From Eutreptiella sp. 'Long Island Sound 2002' (lineage: Eukaryota > Protista > Euglenida), in NCBI GenBank assembly GCA_964036045.1, contig OZ038379.1, positions 22,134,001-22,198,000 on the forward strand: DNA of 64,000 bases, read 5' to 3'. This document shows, in pieces, positions 43,401 through 55,200 of the stretch. Below the pieces are notes generated by a model. That model saw nothing but the letters and a program-made list of their open reading frames with translations, ran no database searches and was not told the origin of the DNA. A program made the position numbers and the translations under genes. How positions within the stretch are numbered: the stretch's first letter is position 1; each line of letters begins with the position of its first letter.

Positions 43401-46400
43401 AAGAGGATATGTTTTCATTGGCTTGGGGGCTTGGATGACCTGCCACCCCATACCGTTCTTTCCCAAACGCTGCTGATAATATGACTTTGGCGGACCTGGA
43501 TCCTCGTTTTTTCACAGGGCTGGACGCGCTGGCACAGAATGTGCGTGATATTTTACCTTCGTTCCGGCTTTACAGAACGGGTGGGACACAGGGTGGATCA
43601 CAGTCACGTCGTCGCAAATGTGCATGCTGGATCGCTGCACATGGGTATCCCTGGTTAATAGTGCTGCGTGCACACATATGCAAAGTAAAAGTGTCAGCCC
43701 CTGTGCAGGCATCGTCCGAGCGAGAGCATGAAGCATCAATGACATGAGTAGAGCGGGGCAGGATGCGTGCTTACGAGATGCACGCTTCTCAGTGCACTGG
43801 TCCACCTTCTCATCGCCCACCATTGTTTTTGACCCAAGGGCTCTCATTCTCTGATCGTTCTACAGGAACTGTGTTGTCTTATGGCGTGAAGGTCAGCGCA
43901 GGGCACACCACTATGCCTTACAGTCGAGTGTGGGTTGGAGAAACCAATGATCCGGCGGCGGTGGGGGCAGAAGGCAAAGGCTGTTTGTGGATCCCTGCAG
44001 GCCCTGAAAATCGATTCTTGGACGTGCATCTGGTGTGTCTTTGTGTGGATTTAGACATGTTGCACGACATGCCATAGCATGGCCCAGTCAGGCTCTGCAG
44101 GTGTTTCCGTTGATCCCTGGCAATTGGACCGCTGATTGAACGTTTTCTTGGCACTTTCGCTTATCCTGTGAGAGGCAATGTCCCGCAACTGCTGGTGGCC
44201 TACCGGTCAAAGGCGTTACGTCATCGGGGACGAGAGTTCTCTGCTATCAGCTTGGGAGTTCTTTGGGCCTGCACCCACGTTACAATGACAGAAAGGCATC
44301 CGACCTTTGAACCCATGTGTTCCCACACCCTGCAACTCCCGGCTAAAGCCCTTCAAAAACACTGTTTTCCGCAAACAGCCCGGCTATGAGTCGGATTTGG
44401 GACACAGGGTTGCAGATCAAACCCTGGGCCGCACGCTTGCGGGGGGAGGGGTCGTCATCGTTGGATGACCGCTGAGTGTTTTCAGGTATTTCATTTTGTG
44501 TCTACGCCCCCGGACTGCGCTCTCAAGGGGCCTGTTCATCAGTCTTGGTCCCCCCGTGCACAGCAGCAGGGTGCTGTGCTCTGGGGAGCTTGGGGATGCT
44601 GCCCCGGGGCAGGCTGTGCTCTAAGGCAGCAGCAGGTTGATGTGTTTCCGCATTGCAACAGGGTACTGTTCTCTGGGGTAGCTTTAGGGTGCAGTGCTGC
44701 GGGGCAGCAGCAACGGGGGCGATGTTGTTATGAGTGTATGGCAGAGTCGGATTTTGGCAGCTACAAGCTTCAAAGCATTGGAGTAGTGGGACGCCGTTTC
44801 CCAAACACATTTTATTGACGGCGTGTCGTGCATATTGCAGAACAAAGATGACGACGACGACGACGACGGTTTGCCTGATGATTTGGAGGAGCTGCTGGTC
44901 AATGATGAGGATCCTTCGCATTTCCTTCGCGCTCCTAGGCGCAGAGAGCCCCTGCCGGACAACGAGGAGGCCGGGGGTCCTGACAGCCACCAGAAGTATG
45001 CACAATGACGAACGCGTGTGCATGGGTCGCGAGTGATGTTCGTGCTGCTGCTTTTCGCCGGAGGGAAGGCCAGGCCTCGCGCAGGGCTGTCTTTGAGGGA
45101 CGAGGTTTTCTTGAAGGACAGGACTCCGGTGTGAGGTACCGGGAGGGCGCCCACTTCCTGTGCGCAGGCGACAGCTGTACCGTGTTAGAGAGGGGGCAAC
45201 GTCCCCGGACCCCGGCCCCTGGTGCCTCTCTGGATCCTCTGAATCAGAACAATCGAAATTTGGTAAGTTCGGAAATAGTGGCAATGGCCTGGTTGGCCAA
45301 CTCCAGGTTAGGGGGATTTGGTCTGGCTTCGCGATTTATGTTTCTCGGATTCGCGAATTTGAGGAAAGAAATGCACCATTTTCGTTTACACACTCTTTCA
45401 TTATGCCCGTCGCCTTCTCAGGGCAGACACCCCGGGGCCTGTGGTCAACAGAGCCCAGCAGGCTGCCACTCTGTAAAGTCCCTGTGGGGTGTGGCATGCA
45501 TGTTGCCGTTGTCCCTGGGGACGACGACAAGTGTAGTTCCTGCACTGAAGTCAGAGGGGCTTTGAGCTTTGGGGATTCTGTTGCTTGCAAACGTACTGCG
45601 CGCGCACTGTGGTGCAGCTTTTATTCTGAAATGGAGCAGCTCCTGCATGGTGCACTCAAAGAGCCGAACCAGGAGGACCGCAAAGCGAACACGGAGGTGG
45701 AGATCAAAGCGCTGAAGTTCGCTTACGACGTGGGTTTCCAGGTACAGTCTCGCCTAATGCTCGCTAGGGCATTTGTGACCGTGTTGCAACAACCATCATG
45801 TGACTGCATTGTCCGAGGGGTTTGCAACCGCATTTCCTTTGACGTGGGTGGTACGTACCATTTGATTGTTTGGCCCTTTTGTCCTATTCTGCCAGGAATC
45901 TGCCAGGAATCCTGTTTTGGCCACTTCTTTGTGGCGGTGATCAGTCGTTTGATCTGTTTCGAACAACAAACAGGCTGCAAATAACGAAGCCCGAATCCGT
46001 GTCCTGGGCAACAGCAGATCGCACGCGAGCCGACCGTCAGTGTCCACGTCGTGGGATACCAAACACCAGCAGACCAACACCTGGCCAATTTCTCAGGTGG
46101 ACCGGTCAACCGTCACCAACTCGCTGCCGTCGGCTGCAAACCATTACCCGTCAAACAAAGGGCCCGCTCCTGCCGCAGGCAGGTGAAGTGATTTGGAAAT
46201 CGTAAACCGTGTGTGATGCTTTAAAAGGGGCTGCCAATGTTTGGCAACTCAAAGGAAGAGGCATTGTTTTGACGAGACTTGTTTGACATGTACACATGCA
46301 AAGCCACAGAGATCTCTTTTTGAATTATGGATCTGCCGCCGATTTCAAATGCAAGTCCTGCTAATTTCTGCCAAATTTCCGTTGCTGCAGGACTGTGCAC

Positions 46401-46620
46401 GTGGCAGTATACGTGGATTCGTGACGTTCTTCGACGATGGCGTTCGAACAGCGAAGGAATTCAAGGCCGATTTGATTGAGATGTTAAAGGTACACAAAAC
46501 GAAGGGGGTTGCTTTTGGCGTGGAATCAACCAAGGGTCAACCGATGGCGATTTTAGGCAAAGCGATTGCAGTTGGACTGGACACTTTTTTTTTTCAAAAA
46601 AAAAAAAACTAAAGCTGTCG

Positions 46621-46651
<31 letters not shown>

Positions 46652-49600
46652 TGTTGTGGTTGTTGTTGTGGTTGTTGTTGTGGTTGTTGTTGTGGTTGTT
46701 GTTGCTGTTCACCCCTCACGAGCAATGCATCGCCCTTCGCCCGCCGAACATCAACGGTGGCCATCGGACGGGGCACGTTGAACATCCTGCCCAACTGTGC
46801 TTACGAAGAGGACCAATGCAACGAAGTTCTAGAAAATTTTTCGCAGTCACATGGGGGCCACAGATGGGCCCGTGGGTTGGTATTCTCACGGATAATGTCT
46901 ATGTTGCCCAGCCCAGGATGTGAGCGAGAGATGTGCCTCGTATTGTTGCGGCTCGGGGTGTCTGTAGGGGGAAACGTCCTGGTCACCGCCGCACATCAAG
47001 GTAGCAATTCCCAAATCTGACAGTGCACAGAACCAACATGATTGTGACAGGGGGCCAGGCTCATTCTCTGCATGCTCCCGGTTGGTTGCGGCCACGCGTT
47101 GCTGAACCTGACTCTGGAGCACCAGTAAAGGACGAGTTGCAGTCTGCCCCATTCCTCGCCATCAGGGAGGAAGGGGCGTTCATTCACACTGAGGCAGGGG
47201 CGAGGGGGGGGGTGTCAAGCACCTGCCAAAGTGCGTCGAGGGAAGGGGGGGATGCCATGGGCGGTTGGGCTTTTACTTGAAGAAGGTACAGTTTCTTTGC
47301 CTTGTACACCCCTCCCCTGACCAGGATGGCCGCTCTCAGGCCCTGCCACAGTCTCTTCTTGTCTCGTTTGCAGAACCCAGGGCCTCGCAAGAAGAAAGAG
47401 GTGTTTGCCCCACTCACGGCATCTGGCCCACCTACTCCCGGGTTGCAAGCCTTAATGGGTAACGTTGATCGACCTTCACTGTGCATTGGGTGCTAAGGAC
47501 TGGATGTGCAGAGTATATTGTGTAATTGTTGTAGGGGTACACCGATGGTAATCTTGGTCAGCACACTATGAAGGCCGCTCCCCACGCAGCTCAAAAGATA
47601 AGGCCAGTGAAGACAGTCCCAAGTACGGGGGCTGAATTGGTGTGGCCTCCCATGACAAGGGTGTTGGCCTGAAAGTCTGGGCTGCCAAAGCCCGAAAACA
47701 GGGGCACCCAGGGGAGCACTTTGACAAGACTGTTCATCCCACAGTTGTGGCCCAAAGCGGCCGCTGTGGTCCACCCGAAAGACCCCAAAACAACTAGTTT
47801 TTGCTGGTTTGGAAGGCTTGGCACCGGTGGAATGGTGTAACACGCCCCTGTCGTCTGAGGTGGCGTAGGATCTGCCAGGAAATGCGGAAATCATAAGTGG
47901 CAGCGGGAAGATCATTGGGGGTATCTTTTCTTTAGAGGAAATCCTCCTTCGAGACACACTTGCGTGTGGGACTGCCTGCGGTGCAGGCGAGGGGCTGTTG
48001 ACCATTACAAAGGCATCCCACCACAGCCCTGCAACACCCACTAAAAGTTAGGGCAGCGCCCGCCAAGAAAACATCCACCAATAATTATGAGCAAAGTGAG
48101 CGGCCGCCCCGAGCCCAAGCGAGGGGCCGCTGTCTGTGCGAGCACTCGGCGCTCGCACTACTCTCTGGCCGTTGCTTCCCTGCTCAGCCTTTCTGTTTCA
48201 AACGATTTGCAGGACCGATGGGTCAGTTTGTTCCACTGGTACAGTCGATCGTTTGTGCCGGTCAAATCCGAAGGTGACAAGAAGACTAAGAGGAGGGACA
48301 ATCACGACGAAGAAAGTGAATACGGTGTACAGTTGCAGATGCTGGAGGAGCTCTGGGAACTGGCCAAGAAGAGACAGGTACAACAGTGCCACGCATATGT
48401 AGGGTATGTGACTCTGGGTACGCCTGCCACCCACGGCTTTCTACGGGGGCTGCATCAGGCTGCAGCCCTCACCACCAGCTCACTAGATACAAAACATACG
48501 TACCTGGTGGGCGCGCATTCCAGCTGGTGAGTTCGTTGTTTTCGGGGGCAACACAGAAGCACAGGGAGCGAGATAAGCGTCATTGGAAACTTTGGTGACA
48601 AACACTTGACTGGGCTAAGACTAAAGCTGCTTCAATTCTTGTATTTCTCTTCACGTGCCTCCTTGTTCTTCTCCTTACGTTGCTTCTTCCTCGCAATTTT
48701 ACTTGGAAACGGTCGTATGGAGGTACCACGGCGTTTGCTTCTCCATTTCCCTTCAACTTCTCTCCTTCCGCACGCCCAGGGCCCCGTTATGGAGGTTTTA
48801 ATGGATTCAGCCAGTTTAGCATTGCATCGTCAACGTCCCTTAAGCCAGGCAACAGTGCAGAGGACAACAGGGCGAATATTACTGCTTGAAGGGGGGGACG
48901 GCGGGCTTTTTATGCCGGGAATGCTTCCCCCCGGGACATTTGGGTTCTCAGGTGTAGTCGGACACCAGTTACACGATTATCGGTGTCTGATAATATTTCT
49001 GCAGCTGTTCTGCCCCTCGTCACCGTGGTTTCCCGAAAACGTGTTGCTAGAACAGGGCAAAGAAGTGGCACGGAAGTAATAATCTTTTCCACTCGACCCT
49101 CGGGTTTCGTATGATATTCCACAAAGGCTGCTGGCTGTGGGGCTGACTGCATGTGAGTACCGATGTATTGCCATTCAGCACTGCCCACCTCCTGTAACGC
49201 CCCGTCCCTGTGACGTGATGTGTATGCCCTGCAAATTGGTGTTCGTTGTGCAGGTTTTGTCGGCTACAATTATGCACATCCTCATGTTCTTCCACGACGA
49301 AGATGTTTTTGACGATGAGGTATGTCCTGTCCAGGAAGTGCCCCAATCTTGTTGTAAGCGATGCAAGTTTGTGTGGTCGACGAATGTTGTGCCCCGACGT
49401 TGACGCCCCAGCCCCATACACTTGTGGGGGGTCAACAGCAGGAGAGGGTGATTAGCCGCGGTGATGTGCCTACCACCGCCGGAGGCATGGAAGCTGCGCT
49501 GCCAGTACAGTGATGATCACTTGCAGTCTCTCTCGGGGCAGAACGTACGGCAGGCATACCAAGGATTACATTACTATCAACACACACTACCATGTGGCTG

Positions 49601-49923
49601 TAGGAAGCACACATGCCACGGCCAAGCCACCTCCAGTAACACCAGAGGGAGCTCAGAGCCTGTAGCTCTATCACGCGGGTTGTGACTTTCACCGTCCTCT
49701 GCAACGGACTGTACTGGTTTCATTGATATTGGCTTAGCTGAGTGACGCTTTTTTGCTGTTTTTTTGCTCATTGCACGTACTCCAGGGCATTATGGAGTGG
49801 GTGAATCACATTGACAAAAAGGGCTCTGAAGAAGACAAGGCGATCCGCAACAAATGCAACAAGTTCATTGAGTGGGTGCAGGAGTCTTCAGACGAAGACG
49901 AAGAGGACGATGACGAGGACTAG
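34463..49923 (+). CDS. EIF2B5: Translation initiation factor eIF2B subunit epsilon, 732 aa, 17 exons
   Basis: Phase-consistent GT-AG exons: 34463-34637, 35307-35413, 35702-35797, 36598-36665, 40031-40153, 40849-40924, 41150-41259, 42098-42293, 42665-42895, 43123-43234, 43866-44023, 44841-44995, 45618-45741, 46391-46489, 48213-48377, 49254-49319, 49786-49923 (2199 nt). NTP-transferase-like N-terminus (AVILADSF..PRALMPIANVAVIDYTIEWL), RWLYPMVP, hexapeptide repeats, acidic linker, W2/HEAT domain ending FIEWVQESSDEDEEDDDED. Confidence 0.95.
36940..36953 (+). promoter_or_regulatory. Candidate snRNA upstream element, second copy
   Basis: CCAAAACCAACTCA at -65 to -52 of the U2 variant. Confidence 0.5.
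37005..37173 (+). pseudogene. U2 snRNA variant/pseudogene lacking the Sm-site linker (169 nt), in eIF2B-epsilon intron 4, sense to the host
   Basis: Matches the 31867-31676 copy except for a 23-nt deletion (AGAAATTAAACTAATTTGTCAA plus one G) between stem IIb and stem III. Confidence 0.9.
37742..38645. mobile_element. Second copy of the 900-bp MITE-like element
   Basis: Mirror of 27993-28896. Confidence 0.7.
46617..46708. repeat. Compound (GTT)/(GCT)/(GTGGTTGTTGTT) microsatellite preceded by T- and A-runs
   Basis: Read directly; eIF2B-epsilon intron 14. Confidence 0.95.
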
Positions 49924-52900
49924 ATCTAGCACTATTGACCGCTAACCGAGAGCGGGAGCTGTTGACTGGAACTCGTTCTGGTTCTCCGGTGGTGAGTTGA
50001 ACACCTGGGGACTAGTATCAGGGAAGTGGGGGCAGCGAGATCCGCCTGCCTATGCCTCGAGGCAGGAGAGCGGCAACTGATCAGTGGTGGTGGGGATCCA
50101 GAGGGCCTCAGCATCGCATGGGTGGAAGGGGCCGCAGATTTGCACTGACTGCCACTGGCCCTCGAATGTGATGTACAATGTTGTGCGCATTACGCCCGAA
50201 GTGCACAGCAGGCGGGTCCAGAGGGCCGGGGAACCGGGGCGGGTCTGGTGCTGGGCAAACGAGGGTGTCGGGCTACAAGCAGACGCAAGAACGGGGTGCT
50301 GGTTCTGTTTCTGTTCTGTCCGTCATGATTGTCCCGGGCGCAGGTGCGCAGATGGGAATGGAAGATGCACCCAAGCAAAACGGCCGGCATTTGTTCGTTG
50401 TGCCGGGTCACTGACAGGAGTTTGGGGGCCACAAGAAAAATTGTCCCCCGAAAAAACCGACCCCGAAGCCAGACATCCTCATGCGATCATGTGCATGTGA
50501 CGTGAACCCGCCGAAGGATGGGTGGTGATGTCCCGGGATGCGTTTTGCGGCGGGGGTCTGCAAATGTCTGCACATCGGATGCGCTCTGTGGTGTGGCTCG
50601 TCCTCTTCCCCACTCTCTCACGTTGCATTGCGACGCACTGGCTATGCAAACCATTCTCTTGAGGCGGTCGATTCTACGGGGGTAGGGAGCAGGGGGAACG
50701 GGGTGGTGCTGTGTGAGCTTGGTCATTCCGGGCTCGGTCACTGCAGCGCTGCTGTGGGAATAAGGCTCAGGGATCCGGGGGCACCGGTCCGCTTGGAGCC
50801 TGCTTAGTAGCTTGGGACTCCCAGGGGCAGAGGTTGGGGGGATCTGCAGCAACCCCTCAACCCCCCCCCCCCCCCCGCCCGGGGTTTACCCACCGTCACA
50901 TCCATGCCCCGCTTTCCCTGCTCCATCCCCCCTGGGGGTGTGTGATACCACCATATGTGCCTACTAACCATCATTCGGGGAATTCCCCCCCCCCCCCCCC
51001 TGCGCCTCTGGCTGCCAGCGTCCGGCTTGAAAATGTGCAGCAGGATACACCGTGTCGCGCAGTGCTCACACATCCCCGTCACTGAGTGGGAACTACCGAC
51101 GCCTGGTGTCTTCCCTGTGCGACCGCGGCAGTGGAGCCCCAGGCCATACCAGCCATTTCCGGCGGCGCACGGGCAAAGACTGGGTTGGCGTGGGGGCTTG
51201 GGGCGTGCCGTGGCGTGGGGTAGTGTGCCGTGGCGTGGCGTGGCGTGGTGTGTTGTGCTGTATTGTGCCGTGTCGGTGTTCTCATTCAAAAGCCTTTGTC
51301 AACAGCACGAGCTGCGTGTTTGGTCAGTCGCGAGTGAAGGGCGGACGTACCCAATCACGTCAGAGTCTGCGACACAACCGGCACCCCCGCCGTCTAACCC
51401 CCAAAGCGCGTTTTGTATTCAATCTCCATTCAGAGGGGGGCGGCTCCCGCAAAACGCCGCCAGCCACACTGGCGCTTCTTTGCCCCGGCACACGGCAGTG
51501 TCATGTTGCATTCTCTGTTTGGACCGCGGCGATGCGGCCTCTCGAAGGCCAGTGCCCTGGCCCGTGGTGCTGTGTGGGCAATGACCTGATCATATGTGGG
51601 CCATTACTGCTGCACGTGCGAGTGGCTGTCTGCTGGACTGAAGTGCTCCCTCCTGAAAGGGAGAGAGGGAGGGAGGGAGGGGAGTGTGTAGGAAGGCATG
51701 GGGGAGGGGATGACGCGGGGAGGGTGGCCGTGCCTCACCAGCCTGAAAAAGACTGCTGCTGCGGACCCTCATCGAAGATCAGGGCACATGCAGCCACGCC
51801 ATAAGGGGACTGCAGTGACGCTACTGCTCTGCTGATGGTCCGCCGACTGCTTCCAAGCCGCTTTTTCGAGTGGCGTGAGTGAAGCTCTCAGTTGTCAGCC
51901 GATTCTGACAACGTCGCTAGTAATGTCCACAGGATCAGGGGGAATGATGTCATCAGCTTGTCAAGGTTTAGGTCGATTGCCACTTAAGCACAGGCCATTC
52001 TGTGGACAGCCGGCTATCCGGCACCTGGGCACTCGGAACGCCCACTGTGCAGTCAGGCCGAATGCACGAATGCAGTTGGTTGAGAGAGTCATGGCACTTG
52101 CCTCAACGCAGAATACAGCCCAAGTTTCCAGTTGACCCAAGTTCGACATTTACGCAGACACAGAGAAGTGTAACACGAGACAGGACATTGTGTGCTCCTC
52201 CTCAACTTACCGTGTCCCTGCATCTCATGTCTGTCCCTGCATCTCATGTCTTATGTACCAATGCACGGTGGCCACCAAAATGTGGCCACCGAGTGTATGC
52301 AGTGCATACAGTGCATACAGTGCGTGCGCGGCCCGGTGCCGCCCTCAGGCCAATGCAGTACATCGACATTCAGAACGCGCATGCAGGTCAGGTTTTTCTT
52401 TCAGGACACCCCCCCAAAAAACAAGGGACCGCGGAAGGTGAATTGCGTGTTCTGAAAATCCGGGTCTCCGTCCGGCGGCATTTTCCAGGGAGTAGGACCA
52501 CCAGCCCCCCACGCTCCAGCTGTCCATTGCAAATTGGTCAGTGCTCAGTGTCGATATATGGTCATACCAGCCATAGACAATGGTGGAAGGTAGTGAGTGA
52601 CCTTTGCTACCCTGCAAGTAGTGTAGTTTAATACAGCATGATGTTTTAGAAGTATTTCACAACTGCTCTAACCTGAATGCCATGGTTGCGGTATAAAGGC
52701 TGTATTGGTCCTGGAACCAATGGAATGAGTGCAGACCATCAGACTGCAATCCTGCATGGCACATCCCCCACCGATAAAAGCAAACTCAACTACTGCAGTA
52801 GTCAAAGTTGTCCACATTCAAAAAAAAAATATGGACCATCTCTCTGGTTGGGCCCCAAATTCCCCTGACCGTCCCCGCTTTTCCAACATGTTGCTGCCCG

Positions 52901-55145
52901 TTTCAAGGAGTGCAATGCATGTAAGTATCAGGCATGCAGAGCAACTCCAAATGGAACAAGCAGCCTGCACGGGCAGTTTGAGTTGCAGTGTTGTGTGTCC
53001 TCACCCTATGCTAATCAGCTGGTTCATGTCCATGGGTCATGCAATGGGGCTTCATGAAAGCCAAAGGCCTTTTGTGCAGCACATACTGCTGGTCTCTTAT
53101 CACTTATCAACGCCGGCCCCACTTGCGTTGTGGATCACACGTCGTCTTTCTTCCAGATTCCACAAGTCTTTGTGTTTTGCATATCCTATTCTGAAGGCCA
53201 CTCTGCTGTTCCACAGCACATGGACAGCACATGGACCTGGGCCAAGGCAGCCACTGAGACAGGTCTAGCACAAGTAGTCTGTGCAACAGCCCCGTTATGA
53301 TACCACACAAAGAGGTGCCACCATGCAATGCACAACGGCAGCACACACTGGCTGCCACACTGAGGGCAGAGTGTTGCATTGCTTGCGTCGCCACCAATTG
53401 GGTTGGACCAACAGTATGCTTGCGGTTTCGCCGGTTTGGAGCCTACCTGTTGGCGGTCTGCATGTCCAGTGTGGCTCACATGTGACAATAACATTGACCA
53501 AGTCATGAGTCCAGCCGAGTGAGCTATCGTAGTATTCAGTCGCAGAGAGTACAGGGTGAGGATTCTGCGAGGTACATGGGGGTTTTTACCGTCTGTTCGG
53601 GGTTCAGAGAGGGCATTGCTGGGAGAGAGAGGTAAATGGGCACTGTTATGCATGCTTCTGCTTTGAGCTTCTATTTCCGGCGGTTCATGCAATGAGCATG
53701 GCGATGAAAAGCGGTCTCTATGTCATTCCAGTAACGTATGGGCCAGCAACGCAACAAAATTTGGAAAGTGCTGTGTTTTGTGGTTTTTCAGTGCATCCCT
53801 GTTTTGCCTTGCATCATTGACCTGGGGATTGGCATAGACAATGACCCAAATGAAACAAAGAGCCTGATAGACCTCTTGGACAGGTGCGACTATAAATTTG
53901 TTTTCTCAGTGTGACAATTTGACCGATTTTGAGAGTGCAGATGCTATATTTCTGTGCAAGATTCTGCTCATTCAATGTTTACCTTGTGGGGTTGAGGTGA
54001 GGTCATGGGAATCCGGGCTCTGCCTAGCCAAGCACTCTCTTCCAGGTTCTTTGGGCCCTCAGTAGTGTAGGGAGCTCGGAAAACACTCCCCCCCCCCCCC
54101 ATATGTTGTTGCCCGCCCATGTGGTTGCCCCCCCTCCCCTCTGGAAAGAAGAATCCCCCCCCCCCCCCAGCCGAGGCCTTGTGCCAACCCCCCCTCCCCC
54201 GGCCGCTGGCGCCCCCCATCTGGAAGGACCCACTGGGGGGTTTTACCTGATAATCAACAACGTTGTCTGTTTTTTTACGTTGTTTCTTTGGTGTCAGCAG
54301 ATGGGCATGCAATGCACAGCGTATGCCTAGGCCTAAAAACTCGCAATGTTAGCACCACATTTGCAAGCAGTGGGGTTTGAGAAGTACACACCGCTTAAAG
54401 CATCAATGTTGAAAAGTGCTAAAAGGTTGCCAAGGTGAGCTCTAAAAGCGTCACAAAGATGCAGGAGGTACTCCGCACCCTCCTTTTGTCCAGACCCCTC
54501 CCCCGCGCGTGTCACCGACTAGTTCCAAAATCAGTGTCGCATGGTGGTTTTTCTGCACCTTTGTGTGCTACGTTGCTGTGAAGTGGTTGCGGCGAACTCT
54601 GCGCAGGGAACCTGGGGGTTAGGCAACACTTGTCTTTTACCCAGGACATCCCGCAGGAAAAGTGGATCCGTGCCCAAATTTGCACCCAAATGTGCATGCA
54701 CCAAAGCCTGCTGCAGCCAGCTGGTCCATCCCTGTCGCTGATGGGGAATATGTGCAGCAGTTCAAGACTCTATGGGACCGTAAGAGGAAGTTTTTCACTG
54801 TGGGCAACCAAAGACTAATGCATGGATGGATGCAGTGCATTGAGATTTCAGCTTGTTTGTACTATGTGCCTCACACCGTAAGCATCTATGCATGTCAGCA
54901 TACCCAAAAGCCTTTGGCAACCAACAGCAAGCAAGTGATCTGCCATGAATTGTGCACCATATGGGCTCATAAGTGTTTTGGTCTGTGCTAGTGTCCATTA
55001 AAGGGGGGGGGTCACTTGGCAACGATCCCCCCCCCCCCCCCCGGGGGTGGGTCGGGGCGAACGTCCTCACCCGCCTTGGCGTGCAGGGGGGGGGGTGGAC
55101 CAAAGCACCACGAAGGAGTTCTGATTTTTCCCCATTTTGCGCGTG

Positions 55146-55167
55146 CTGCTGCTTGCTTGCTGCTTGC

Positions 55168-55198
<31 letters not shown>

Positions 55199-55200
55199 GC
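55146..55200. repeat. (TGCT)n/(TGC)n low-complexity repeat
   Basis: Read directly. Confidence 0.9.

Noticed and set aside
46757-47020. ORF containing CAYEEDQCNEVLENF as a possible eIF2B-epsilon W2 exon
   Set aside because: No good in-frame acceptor, and exons 14 and 15 already join in phase to give a normal-length protein.
34463-49923. Non-canonical (euglenid-type) introns
   Set aside because: All reconstructed introns in the three genes fit GT-AG with consistent phases.
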